A stretch of DNA of 32,000 nt, taken from assembly GCA_016196885.1 (NCBI GenBank), contig JACPWU010000011.1, positions 90,001 through 122,000 on the forward strand. The letters are read 5' to 3'. The stretch's first letter is position 1; each line of letters begins with the position of its first letter. Below the pieces are notes generated by a model. It saw only the letters and a list, made by a program, of their open reading frames with translations, ran no database searches and was not told where the DNA came from. The position numbers were made by a program, and so were the translations under genes. This DNA comes from Chlamydiota bacterium. GTDB lineage: Bacteria > Auribacterota > JACPWU01. Shown in pieces: positions 22,884 to 31,678 of this stretch.

Positions 22884-24224
22884 ATGAAAATACTTAGAGA
22901 AAAATCAGAACATATTTTCGAGACTATCCTCAAAGCCAGTCAGGCGGATGAGACCGAGATACACTTTTCTCAAACCGCGTACTCCCTCACCCGTTTTGCA
23001 AACAATGAAATTCACCAAAATATGGGAGATGAAGACGTAGAAATTTCTATTCGTTCTTGTTTCGGTAAAAAAACCGCTCGCGTCACCACCAACAAAACGG
23101 ATCCAGAATCTCTCAAAAAAATGACTCAACTGTCCAATCATCTGGCTTCTTTGAATCACGAAGATCCACATCTTCTGCCCATGCCAAAGCCTCAAAAATA
23201 TGAGGGGGTTCATCACGCCTATGAAAAGACAGATCACATGAAAGCCGAGACAAGAGCCCACGCCGTTAAAGTTCCGATTCAAATTGCTCAAAGTAAAAAT
23301 TTACAATCAGCCGGAATTTTCTCAAACAGCTTTACTCGGTTTGCCATCGGAAATTCAAAAGGCCTGAGGGCCTATTCAGAAGAAACGTATGCCGTTTTTT
23401 CAACCACCATGATGTCCAATTCCTCAGGATCTGGCTGGGCAAAATTTGGTCATTCAGATGCAAGCAAAATTCCCGTTGAGACACTGGCCCTCGAAGCCTC
23501 TGAAAAAGCGGTGTTGAGCAAAAATCCTATCGAACTACCTGCAGGGACTTACACCGTTATTTTAGAACCCTCTGCTGTTCTTGACCTTTTGGAATTTATG
23601 CTCATGGATTTTGGAGGGCTTTCGGTTTTAGAACAAAGAAGCGCCTTCACCGAAAAAAGAGGACAAAAAATATTTGGGTCCAACATCACCCTTCATGATA
23701 ACGTCTATCATCCCCTTCAATCAGGGGCTCCTTTTGATGGCGAGGGAATTCCAAAACAGAAAATAACATTGGTTGAAAAAGGAATCTTAAAAAATTTAGT
23801 TTACAGCCAATCGAGTGCCCATCGGGCAAACGCAAAACCGACGGGCCACGGCTTTGCCATTCCAAATGATGGGGGTGAAGCCCCTCTTAATATTGTCATG
23901 GAAGGAGGTAATACCTCTTTAAAACAAATGATTGAAAATACAAATCAGGGTTTACTCATCACCCGATTCTGGTATATTCGTGAGGTGGACCCCATGCAAA
24001 AGATTTTGACGGGGATGACGCGGGACGGGACTTTCTTGATCGAAGACGGAAAAATGAGAGATGCGGTGAAAAACTTTAGATTCAATGAAAGCCTCTTTCA
24101 TCTCTTCAACAATGTCGAAGAATTGGGAGAGCCTGTGAGAGCCTCGGGAGAAGAAGGAATCGACAGGGTCGTTCCCGCTTTGAAAGCCAAGGATTTTCAT
24201 TTTACAAGCAGTACTAAATACTAA
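22884..24224 (+). CDS. pmbA: PmbA/TldE-family protease subunit
   Basis: TldD/PmbA fold blocks (RFANNEIHQN, GLLITRFWY, DGTFLIEDGK) without HExxxH. ATG at 22884 (tracked TTG at 22869 lies inside the repeat array). Confidence 0.8.
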   Translation: MKILREKSEHIFETILKASQADETEIHFSQTAYSLTRFANNEIHQNMGDEDVEISIRSCFGKKTARVTTNKTDPESLKKMTQLSNHLASLNHEDPHLLPMPKPQKYEGVHHAYEKTDHMKAETRAHAVKVPIQIAQSKNLQSAGIFSNSFTRFAIGNSKGLRAYSEETYAVFSTTMMSNSSGSGWAKFGHSDASKIPVETLALEASEKAVLSKNPIELPAGTYTVILEPSAVLDLLEFMLMDFGGLSVLEQRSAFTEKRGQKIFGSNITLHDNVYHPLQSGAPFDGEGIPKQKITLVEKGILKNLVYSQSSAHRANAKPTGHGFAIPNDGGEAPLNIVMEGGNTSLKQMIENTNQGLLITRFWYIREVDPMQKILTGMTRDGTFLIEDGKMRDAVKNFRFNESLFHLFNNVEELGEPVRASGEEGIDRVVPALKAKDFHFTSSTKY

Positions 24225-24243
24225 ATTCGGAATACGAAACTCG

Positions 24244-24352
24244 AAGCACGAAACAAATTTAAAATTCAAATATTTAAACATTCGAAACGTTTATAATTTT
24301 GAATTTGAGTTTTAGAATTTGTTTCGAATTTCGACATTCGAATTTCGTGCTT
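24244..24352. repeat. AT-rich long imperfect palindrome built of CGAAA/TTTCG words
   Basis: aagcacgaaa (24244-24253) pairs with tttcgtgctt (24343-24352). Inner pairs are acaaatt/aatttgt and aaattcaaa/tttgaattt. TTCGAA occurs three times. Confidence 0.6.
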
Positions 24353-24393
24353 AAAAAAACTATAAAACCATTATTATCTTAGAAGGCATTTTT

Positions 24394-25236
24394 ATGAAAA
24401 TTAAAGCCATGATCCGCCTCGCCCATTCCCCCGACGCGGACGACGCCTTCATGTTCTATGGGCTCGCCAAGGGATTTATTCAAGATGAAGACATAGAATT
24501 TTCGCATACACTCTGTGACATTGAGAGTCTGAATCAAAAAGCAAAAGTTGGGTTTTACGAAGTCACGGCCCTTTCGGTCCACGCCTATCCCTATGTCAGC
24601 AACCAATACGATATTCTCTTGCATGGGGCCAGTATTGGAGATAATTACGGCCCCCTTTTAGTGGCCAGAGAAAAAATAAGAATCGAAGATCTTGCAAAAA
24701 AAACCATCGCAGTTCCAGGCACCCTGACCACTGCCTATCTCGCACTACGTCTTTTCAATCCCAATCTCAAAACGGTCATCGTTCCCTTCAACCAAATCAT
24801 TTCGCATGTCGAAGAAGGCAAGGCCGATGTGGGACTCATCATTCACGAAGGCCAACTGACTTTCTCTGAAAATGGGCTTCATAAACTATTAGATTTGGGA
24901 GAATGGTGGTATGAGAAAACAAGACTTCCCCTTCCTTTAGGGGTCAATGGGATTCGAAAGGACTTAGATCCACCCCTTCAGAAAAAAATTGCTCGGCTTC
25001 TGAAAGAAAGCATTTGCTACGCCCTCTCCCACCGCAACGAAGCGCTACAGCATGCCTTACAATTCGCCCGAGGGATGGACCCCAAACTCGCGGATCAATT
25101 TATTGGCATGTACGTCAATGAAGAAACCGTAAAAATGAGCAAGAGAAGCCAAAAGGCGATTCAAGTTCTTCTCGATCAAGCGTTCGAGGCAAAACTGATT
25201 TCTACTGACAAACCTTCTCTCCAATACATTGAATGA
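24394..25236 (+). CDS. mqnD: MqnA/MqnD-family protein, probable 1,4-dihydroxy-6-naphthoate synthase (MqnD)
   Basis: N-terminal IRLAHSPDADDAFMFYGL, DIESLNQKA and GPLLVAR blocks of the VitK2 biosynthesis (MqnA/MqnD) fold. mqnA is already present at 4182-4979, so MqnD is the likelier role. Confidence 0.6.
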   Translation: MKIKAMIRLAHSPDADDAFMFYGLAKGFIQDEDIEFSHTLCDIESLNQKAKVGFYEVTALSVHAYPYVSNQYDILLHGASIGDNYGPLLVAREKIRIEDLAKKTIAVPGTLTTAYLALRLFNPNLKTVIVPFNQIISHVEEGKADVGLIIHEGQLTFSENGLHKLLDLGEWWYEKTRLPLPLGVNGIRKDLDPPLQKKIARLLKESICYALSHRNEALQHALQFARGMDPKLADQFIGMYVNEETVKMSKRSQKAIQVLLDQAFEAKLISTDKPSLQYIE

Positions 25237-25309
25237 CTTGCCATTTAACCCCCCCATTTAGTATAATTCATTTAATTATATTTAATTATAATTATCCTAA
25301 ATTCTAAAA

Positions 25310-25903
25310 ATGAAATTTAATGATTTTCGAAAAAAAATGAAGAAATCCATCTTTGGGGTCAAAGAGGCCCAAAGAATTGCCTGGGAAACCCAGCCCGCCG
25401 TCCTTAATCTCCAACTCTATCAATGGGTTAAGGCTGGAAACCTCATCCGTATGAGACGAGGCATCTATGCATTCCCAGATCAAATTCAAAGTCAACTGGC
25501 CTTGGTCCAGACCCTTTACCCTCCGGCTTACATCAGCCTAGAAAGCGCCCTGTCCCGTTATGGCTTAATGCCCGACGTCGTGTTTGCACTGACCCTGATC
25601 ACCCCCAGGTTAACACGCCGCTTCAAAACACCGGTGGGATATTTTATTTACCATCACATGAAACAGGATTTGTTTTGGGGATTTGATCCTGATACCCTGA
25701 TGGCCCAAAAAGAAAAGGCCTTGGTTGATTATCTTTATTTCAATAGATTTCTCTTAATGCCACAGACCCAATGCTGGGAAGGTCTGCGGTGGCAAAATTT
25801 GAAGGGAGTCCATTTCAAACGGGCAAGGGCTTATGCCCGAAAGACGGGAATTAAAAAGGTTCTAGACCTCATCATTTCTCTGGAGACGTATGGAAAGAAT
25901 TAA
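25310..25903 (+). CDS. abiEi: AbiEi-like antitoxin/transcriptional regulator (type IV TA)
   Basis: N-terminal winged-helix-like region ending in GNLIRMRRGIYAF. 14-nt overlap with the AbiEii-like gene. Confidence 0.65.
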   Translation: MKFNDFRKKMKKSIFGVKEAQRIAWETQPAVLNLQLYQWVKAGNLIRMRRGIYAFPDQIQSQLALVQTLYPPAYISLESALSRYGLMPDVVFALTLITPRLTRRFKTPVGYFIYHHMKQDLFWGFDPDTLMAQKEKALVDYLYFNRFLLMPQTQCWEGLRWQNLKGVHFKRARAYARKTGIKKVLDLIISLETYGKN

Positions 25904-26723
25904 GAAAATTGTCCAAGAACTTCGAAACCGTCCCACTGCGATAACCGAGGAAGCTCTTCTCAATATCATTCGTGAATACCTTCAGGTGCTCGTCCTAAAA
26001 AGTATTTTCCAATCCAAATGGGGAACGCATCTTTCTTTCATGGGGGGAACATGTCTAAGAATTTGTTATGATTTGAAACGCTACTCTGAAGATCTTGATT
26101 TTTGTCTGGATGAGCCTTCAAAGGCCTATGATTTTTCAAAAATGGTTTATCACAGCCAGTATGATCTGGGTCTTCTGGGAATCAGCGCTGAGGTAAACAT
26201 TCATGATGACAAGATCGTCCAAAAAGCCTTCTTGAGAGTGGCCCATCTCAAAGAAATTCTCGAGTTAAAAACATTTCGAAAAGACCAAAAATTACATATC
26301 AAGTTAGAAGTGGATAGGCATCCCCCTCGTTTAAAAAAAGAGGAGCGGGAAAGTTTCTTTGTCAATCGCTTTCAGGAAATTTTTCCAATTTTAAAACACA
26401 ATCTTCCAACCCTGTTTTCCGGAAAGGTTCTGGCCATTTTACAAAGACCCTACGCTCGGGGCCGAGACTACTATGATCTTATTTGGTATTTGAGTCGCAA
26501 AACACCCGTCAATCTTAACTACCTCAATCGAGGTTACAAAGGAGAACCTTTCAAGAGTTGGCAAGACGTTCTCACCTCTTTGAAGAAAAAAGTTGAAGAG
26601 GTTCGCTCCCGTACCCTTCTCAAAGACATTGACAGATTTTTAGAAGATCCTCAGGAAAGACAATGGATTTTTCAATACCAAAACCTTTTCCGACAATTGA
26701 TCGAGGAGAATCCGAAAAAATAG
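25890..26723 (+). CDS. abiEii: AbiEii/AbiGii-family nucleotidyltransferase toxin
   Basis: FMGGTCLRICYDLKRYSEDLDF is the hallmark GGTaL...R.S.DiDf motif; also has the C-terminal RGRDYYDL block. Confidence 0.8.
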   Translation: MERIKKIVQELRNRPTAITEEALLNIIREYLQVLVLKSIFQSKWGTHLSFMGGTCLRICYDLKRYSEDLDFCLDEPSKAYDFSKMVYHSQYDLGLLGISAEVNIHDDKIVQKAFLRVAHLKEILELKTFRKDQKLHIKLEVDRHPPRLKKEERESFFVNRFQEIFPILKHNLPTLFSGKVLAILQRPYARGRDYYDLIWYLSRKTPVNLNYLNRGYKGEPFKSWQDVLTSLKKKVEEVRSRTLLKDIDRFLEDPQERQWIFQYQNLFRQLIEENPKK

Positions 26724-26751
26724 ACCTTCTCCTCCCCGCGTAAAACCCAGC

Positions 26752-27981
26752 TTACCTACCCGGCCCCGGTCTCTCTTGCCCCAAGTCACCCCCTGAAGAC
26801 CCTGGACCTGGGAGACCGCCTCCGTCAGGCTTGGGAATTTCAGGCCCAGGCTGATCTACGGGTCCACTTCCAGGAAGATTCGATCCAACAGAACCGGGTC
26901 CCGGAAGTCCACCTCCATCACCTATTTTCTCACCGAGACCCGAACTTCCTAAAACATGGGATCCCTCACTCTTGGATAAAGATTCTTTGACAGAAGAAAT
27001 ATTTTCTTTCAAAGAAGAATGAGAAGCAGAATTAAAATCGATTTGAGAATGGATCTGAGAGGTCACATCCTTCGCAAAATCCTGCCTTGGAACATCCAAA
27101 CGCCCCATCCCATTTTTAAACTGCTCGGCGAGGGTCTTAAAATCTCCTCCTTGAAGTTTGAGCATCTCTTTAAACCCTTGAAGATCTTGAGAGTTAAATT
27201 TATCCTTGAGATCATTCTTCATTTCATCGGTCAGTTTGGGTAAGTGCGTCCCCTGATGGGTTTGATAAAGTTGTTTCAACTTTGCCTTGATGCGTTCTCT
27301 TGTGCTTTCTCCACCTCTGGGCTCCTGATCCTGACCCGAAGGGAGACTGTTCGTCAATCCACCTTCTGTTTGAGCGCCTCCTGAAACAGGAACCTGAGTA
27401 CTCCCCACATACCCGCCCTGCTGATGATCGGATGAACCATGAACGCCTGAAGAATCGCCTTCCGTTTCATTGGATGAAGTAGTCTGATCTGTTTGCTGTG
27501 AAGTTTGATCGCTGGTAGAAGTTTGATCGCTGGTACTGGTGTTCGTATTAGTTCCTTCAGATCCGTCTTGAGACTCTCCCTGTGAAGAAGAATTTTCTTC
27601 CTGATAATGTTGAATGGCTTTTTTAATGAGGCGATGCCTACGATGATGACGTTTTTTAGAGGAAGACTTTCGAAGGGAAGATTTTCGATGAGATGATTTT
27701 CCGCTTTTCAACTTCTTAAAATCTGGTTTTTCTTTTGCCTTTCCTTGTAATTTCTTTTCTGCCTTTTTACCCTCCCCACCTCGCTCCTGGCTGGCATGTT
27801 CTTGAGGAGGCTCTGAAGCCTTTTCTTCGTGGGTTCCTTGCGAGTTTCCTTCCGGGGAAGCACGATTTTGCCCCGGCCCAGGCCCCCCAGCACCCGCTTC
27901 TCCGCCAGGACCTAAGTCCTGAGAATATCCGCTCAGGGCAAAGAAGATAAGGACAATAAAAAGAGTAACCTTTCGTCCCAT
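26752..27981 (-). CDS. secreted, largely disordered low-complexity protein
   Basis: Signal peptide MGRKVTLFIVLIFFALSGYSQ. G/P-rich termini (GGLPGPGS x2), an extremely basic block (KSSHRKSSLRKSSSKKRHHRRHRLIKK), an S/T/Q-rich block with the exact 18-nt tandem repeat 27500-27535 (TSDQTS x2), and one helical-looking segment. Confidence 0.55.
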   Translation of the reverse strand: MGRKVTLFIVLIFFALSGYSQDLGPGGEAGAGGPGPGQNRASPEGNSQGTHEEKASEPPQEHASQERGGEGKKAEKKLQGKAKEKPDFKKLKSGKSSHRKSSLRKSSSKKRHHRRHRLIKKAIQHYQEENSSSQGESQDGSEGTNTNTSTSDQTSTSDQTSQQTDQTTSSNETEGDSSGVHGSSDHQQGGYVGSTQVPVSGGAQTEGGLTNSLPSGQDQEPRGGESTRERIKAKLKQLYQTHQGTHLPKLTDEMKNDLKDKFNSQDLQGFKEMLKLQGGDFKTLAEQFKNGMGRLDVPRQDFAKDVTSQIHSQIDFNSASHSSLKENISSVKESLSKSEGSHVLGSSGLGEKIGDGGGLPGPGSVGSNLPGSGPVDQPGPEIPKPDGGGLPGPGSSGGDLGQERPGPGR

Positions 27982-28092
27982 AAAAAATCTCCCATTCCAC
28001 TATAATATAATAACACGGAAAGAGCGAAAGGGTAAGGGAGAGGGATAAATTTTCTTAATTATCTCCAAGACAACGTGTTACAAGGTAAAGTG

Positions 28093-28374
28093 TTACGACA
28101 AAATCTCTTTCAAAATTTTCTCGGCCTCGTCCTTTTCCACCTTAGAATACCAGACATGCCTCGGGGTCACCATCACATTAGGGCCTTGGGCACAAAGGTC
28201 AAAGCAACCCGAGCGCGTGACCCTTACTTTTCCCCTGAGACCGTGCAACTCGACATAAGACTTCAAAAACTCACAAAGAGCCTCTCCCGCCTTGCCACAA
28301 GCAGCTTCTCCCTGTTCCCGTTCTTTTGTGCAAACGAAAAGATGTTTAAGATAAGGGTTGGATGATTTTTTCAT
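28093..28374 (-). CDS. thioredoxin-like [2Fe-2S] ferredoxin
   Basis: HLFVCT...ACG...SGCFDLCAQGPNVMV cysteine pattern of the TRX-like ferredoxin family. ATGA start/stop overlap with the HEPN gene. Confidence 0.7.
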   Translation of the reverse strand: MKKSSNPYLKHLFVCTKEREQGEAACGKAGEALCEFLKSYVELHGLRGKVRVTRSGCFDLCAQGPNVMVTPRHVWYSKVEKDEAEKILKEILS

Positions 28375-28778
28375 TTTGATTCAGCCTTCAGATTTTGTTC
28401 TATTTTCTTTTGAACCTGATTAAAACCCTCTGCTACCTTCTGCCGAATAAACTCATAAATCTTTTTCATCTCTTCCTCAGAATAAACATGTGTGGTCATG
28501 TTTCGAGCATCTATAATTTCCATGAAAAGTTTTTCGTCTTCTATCAAACCCGCCTGAAAAGCAAACTTAAAACATTCCCTCGGGCTAAAGGCCTGAACTT
28601 TATGAAAACGCGCCATTTTCTTAAACGTCTTCCATAAAAGTTCATACGTAAATTCAAAACGCTGAATCACGGCATCTTGCTGAAGGGGGTGTGGCTTCTC
28701 TTTCAAAGCTTCTAAAAACCTTTGATATGCTTTCTTAAATTGTCCAAACAGACTCTCGATTTCTGTGTCTGATGCCAT
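28371..28778 (-). CDS. HI0074-family nucleotidyltransferase substrate-binding (HEPN) protein
   Basis: QRFEFTYELLWKTFKK..., SPRECFKFAFQAGLI and the RNMTTHVY (R-x4-H HEPN) motif. Confidence 0.8.
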   Translation of the reverse strand: MASDTEIESLFGQFKKAYQRFLEALKEKPHPLQQDAVIQRFEFTYELLWKTFKKMARFHKVQAFSPRECFKFAFQAGLIEDEKLFMEIIDARNMTTHVYSEEEMKKIYEFIRQKVAEGFNQVQKKIEQNLKAESK

Positions 28779-29068
28779 ATCTCAATCTCCTGAAGGGCTT
28801 CTTTTAGAAAAACGGGATCCGTTATATTTGAAAAATCAATCACGTCTACGTTTCTCAGAGTTTGAACGTGTTCACCCAAATCATCCCTCACTCTTGCAAG
28901 GACAGAACGCTCCAAAGGTTGATCACTCAGAAGGCCAATATCAATATCCGAACTGGAATCCATTTCCCCTTTAGCGAAAGATCCGAAAAGGAAAATGACC
29001 ACCTCTTCTTTTGGTAGATATTTGAAAAGAACACTCAAAATCGATGTTTTCACCGCATCAGAAACCAT
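28712..29068 (-). CDS. HI0073-like minimal nucleotidyltransferase
   Basis: IFLFGSFAKGEMDSSSDIDIGL motif. Its 3' end overlaps the HEPN gene by 67 nt. Confidence 0.8.
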   Translation of the reverse strand: MVSDAVKTSILSVLFKYLPKEEVVIFLFGSFAKGEMDSSSDIDIGLLSDQPLERSVLARVRDDLGEHVQTLRNVDVIDFSNITDPVFLKEALQEIEIWHQTQKSRVCLDNLRKHIKGF

Positions 29069-29195
29069 AACGCATTCTTTAAAATTTCTTCACATTATAC
29101 CTTATCAGCGTTTTAAAACACGACTTTTCACGAATTTTTGTAATGTCTAATTTTATATTTACTCTCTTTTGCAGAAGGTCTATGATGTTCGCGCT

Positions 29196-30050
29196 ATGAA
29201 AAAAGCTTCGATCGATGAATTAAAAAAGCTCGCTCAAGAGATGAGAAAAGACATCATTGTCATGCTTGGGAAAGCGGGATCGGGGCATCCCGGAAGCTCG
29301 CTCTCAGTCATTGACATCATCACCGCCCTTTTCTTTAATGTCATGCATCACAATCCCAAGGATCCGCAAGACAAAAACCGCGATCGCTTCATTTTGAGCA
29401 AAGGTCATGCGGTCCCCGCCCTTTATGCAGCTTACGCGCGAGCGGGATATTTCCCTTATGAATGGATTTATACCTTAAGGCAGTTGGGCTCTCCCTTACA
29501 AGGGCATCCGGATCGCCGGAAACTCTCATTTTTAGAGGCTTCGACAGGCTCTCTCGGACAGGGACTTTCTATTGGGATTGGTATTTGCCTAGCAGCCAAA
29601 CTCGATAAAAAAGATTACCGAACTTATTGCATTATCGGAGATGGAGAATCCAATGAAGGCCAAATATGGGAAGCCGCCATGTTTGCCTCCCATCATGAAG
29701 TAGATAATTTAACAGTGATTTTGGACTACAATAAATTTCAATTGGATGGTCCAGTCAAAGATATTTTGGACATGGAGCCCATGGAAAAAAAATGGTCTAG
29801 TTTCGGTTGGCATACCCAGGAAGTGGATGGGCACAACATGCAAGAAATTGTAGACGCATTAGAGAAATCAAAAACGGTTAAAAAGCAGCCTTCTATTATC
29901 ATAGCGCATACCGTCAAAGGCAAAGGCGTTTCTTTCATGGAAAACAACAATCATTTTCATGGGGTTGCTCCCACGGCGGACGAAACACGCAAGGCACTAC
30001 TTGAGCTTGGAGAATCTAGGGAAGAAATTGAAGAAGTTTTAAAAAGATAA
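29196..30050 (+). CDS. transketolase, N-terminal (TPP-binding) subunit
   Basis: GSGHPGSSLS, ILSKGH and GDGESNEGQIWEA motifs. ATG at 29196 (tracked TTG at 29169). Confidence 0.85.
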   Translation: MKKASIDELKKLAQEMRKDIIVMLGKAGSGHPGSSLSVIDIITALFFNVMHHNPKDPQDKNRDRFILSKGHAVPALYAAYARAGYFPYEWIYTLRQLGSPLQGHPDRRKLSFLEASTGSLGQGLSIGIGICLAAKLDKKDYRTYCIIGDGESNEGQIWEAAMFASHHEVDNLTVILDYNKFQLDGPVKDILDMEPMEKKWSSFGWHTQEVDGHNMQEIVDALEKSKTVKKQPSIIIAHTVKGKGVSFMENNNHFHGVAPTADETRKALLELGESREEIEEVLKR

Positions 30051-30113
30051 AAGTTGGAGGTTGGACGATAAAAATCAAAACTGGTTTTTCCTCTAACGTC
30101 TAACATCCAACTT
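30051..30113 (+). other. intercistronic stem-loop between the transketolase subunit genes
   Basis: aagttggaggttggacg (30051-30067) pairs with cgtctaacatccaactt (30097-30113): 17 positions with 1 mismatch and 1 G.U. Confidence 0.55.
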
Positions 30114-30145
30114 CTAACTTGCAACTTAATTAAAAGGCAATAAAA

Positions 30146-31102
30146 ATGTCTCTTGAAAAAAGATTAGGTGCAGCCACTCGCGACGCATATGGAAAAGCCC
30201 TTGTTGAATTGGGTAAGAAAAATCCAAACATTGTTGTCTTGGATGCAGATCTTTCCAAATCTACAAAGACGGAAGCCTTTGGGAAGGAATTCCCAGATCG
30301 CTTTATCAATTGTGGCATTATTGAAGCAAACATGGTCGGGGTCGCCTCTGGCCTTGCTATTTCTGGAAAAACCGTTTTTGCCTCTAGCTTTGCCTGCTTT
30401 ATGATGTGCAAAAGCTATGACCAATTGAGAATGGCAGTCGCCAATCCGAAAGCCGATGTCAAAATTGTAGCTTCTCATGGTGGAATCAGTGTGGGTGAAG
30501 ATGGCGCGTCTCAGCAGGCCATTGAAGACATTGCCCTGGCAACCTCTCTGCCTGATTTCACGGTTCTCCTCCCCTCAGATGAATATTGTGCAAAGGCCCT
30601 GGTGATGCAAGCTGCTCTAACCCCTGGCCCCTTTTACATGCGTACAGGAAGACCCAAGGCACCTATCGTGCACAGTGAAAATACAAAATTCGAAATTGGA
30701 AAAGGGGTTTTGATCAAAGACGGAAAAGACATCACCCTTATTGCCAATGGCCTTTTGGTTTTTGAAGCATTATCTGCAGCAGACACTCTCCAAAAACAAG
30801 GAATCAACGCTGCCGTCATTGACATGCACACGATAAAGCCCATTGATACAGCACTGATCAAACAACAATGCGATAAAACGGGAGCCATCGTGGTCGCCGA
30901 AGAACATTCCATTTGGGGCGGCCTCGGGACTACCGTTTCAAGAACCGTTTCCCTGCTTAAGCCGGTCCCCATTGAATATGTCGCGATTGAAGATGTCTAT
31001 GCCGAGTCAGGGAAACCCGAAGAATTAATGATAGCTTACCGCCTGACAGCCGAACACATTGTGGAAGCAGCGAAAAAAGCCATTCAGAGAAAACAGTTAT
31101 GA
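30146..31102 (+). CDS. transketolase, C-terminal (pyrimidine-binding) subunit
   Basis: FINCGIIEANMVGVASGLA, GEDGASQQAIEDIA and IKPID blocks; 318 aa. Confidence 0.85.
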   Translation: MSLEKRLGAATRDAYGKALVELGKKNPNIVVLDADLSKSTKTEAFGKEFPDRFINCGIIEANMVGVASGLAISGKTVFASSFACFMMCKSYDQLRMAVANPKADVKIVASHGGISVGEDGASQQAIEDIALATSLPDFTVLLPSDEYCAKALVMQAALTPGPFYMRTGRPKAPIVHSENTKFEIGKGVLIKDGKDITLIANGLLVFEALSAADTLQKQGINAAVIDMHTIKPIDTALIKQQCDKTGAIVVAEEHSIWGGLGTTVSRTVSLLKPVPIEYVAIEDVYAESGKPEELMIAYRLTAEHIVEAAKKAIQRKQL

Positions 31103-31155
31103 GAGGTGAGGGATGAGTCGTGAGTAAAAAAGCAATACCTTTCAAAAAAAATTTT

Positions 31156-31563
31156 TCAGAGCTTTTTTCGCTGCGTATAACCTTTTTCAAGCTCATGCCA
31201 ATACTGAATTTTTGATTCACCCGATTTCCAGCAAAGATTGACAATCTCATCATTTCGAATATAGAAAAAATCTACCAACCCTAAATCAATGTCTTTTAAC
31301 TGACATCCCCAATCCTCTATCTTCTTCATCTGTTCCTTAAACTCAAGAATCAGACTGCCGAGCTCCTTAACCTCTTTCTGAATCACTTGCTGGCTGGCTG
31401 CACGAGTAGAGGACTCAGACACGTCACTCACCGTTAAAGAGCTGTCAATTTGAATTTGTTTCTGTAAAATCTGGGCTTTCAAAACCTTTAAAACGGTCAG
31501 AGACTCCTCCAGTTGAGGAATCAACAGATGAGCTCCTTCTGAGCTGAAGAACTTCATATTCAT
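31156..31563 (-). CDS. DUF2203-like protein
   Basis: C-terminal GCQLKDIDLGLVDFFY....IVNLCWKSGESKIQYWHELEKGYTQRK matches the DUF2203 pattern as I remember it. ATG at 31563 (MNMKFF). Confidence 0.55.
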   Translation of the reverse strand: MNMKFFSSEGAHLLIPQLEESLTVLKVLKAQILQKQIQIDSSLTVSDVSESSTRAASQQVIQKEVKELGSLILEFKEQMKKIEDWGCQLKDIDLGLVDFFYIRNDEIVNLCWKSGESKIQYWHELEKGYTQRKKL

Positions 31564-31678
31564 AGTAAATACTCTCCAGTGGCATTTACTCACATTTCAA
31601 AAATTAATTCAAAGGAAATATTCTTCCATTTGCACTATAATTCCGCTTTATCAACTTTAATAAGGAGCGAGATAAAGT

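Noticed and set aside
25237-25309. Direct repeats atttaattata x2 and cattta words upstream of abiEi as an AbiEi operator
   Set aside because: The region is extremely AT-rich, and from memory described AbiEi operators are inverted repeats. I cannot tell these apart from ordinary promoter AT-richness (a TATAAT lies at about 25261).
27735-28000. Short ORFs on both strands overlapping the low-complexity protein gene (27735-27950 +, 27767-28000 -, 27708-27893 -)
   Set aside because: They are by-products of the repetitive G/P/K-rich coding sequence. Only the 409-aa frame has a signal peptide and spans the region.
28712-28778. The 67-nt overlap between the nucleotidyltransferase and HEPN genes as evidence of a frameshift or fusion
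   Set aside because: Both proteins appear complete: the NT motif is near its N-terminus, and the HEPN N-terminus MASDTEIESLFGQFKKAY looks family-typical. The NT tail in the overlap may simply be a non-conserved extension, and no homopolymer slip site is evident.
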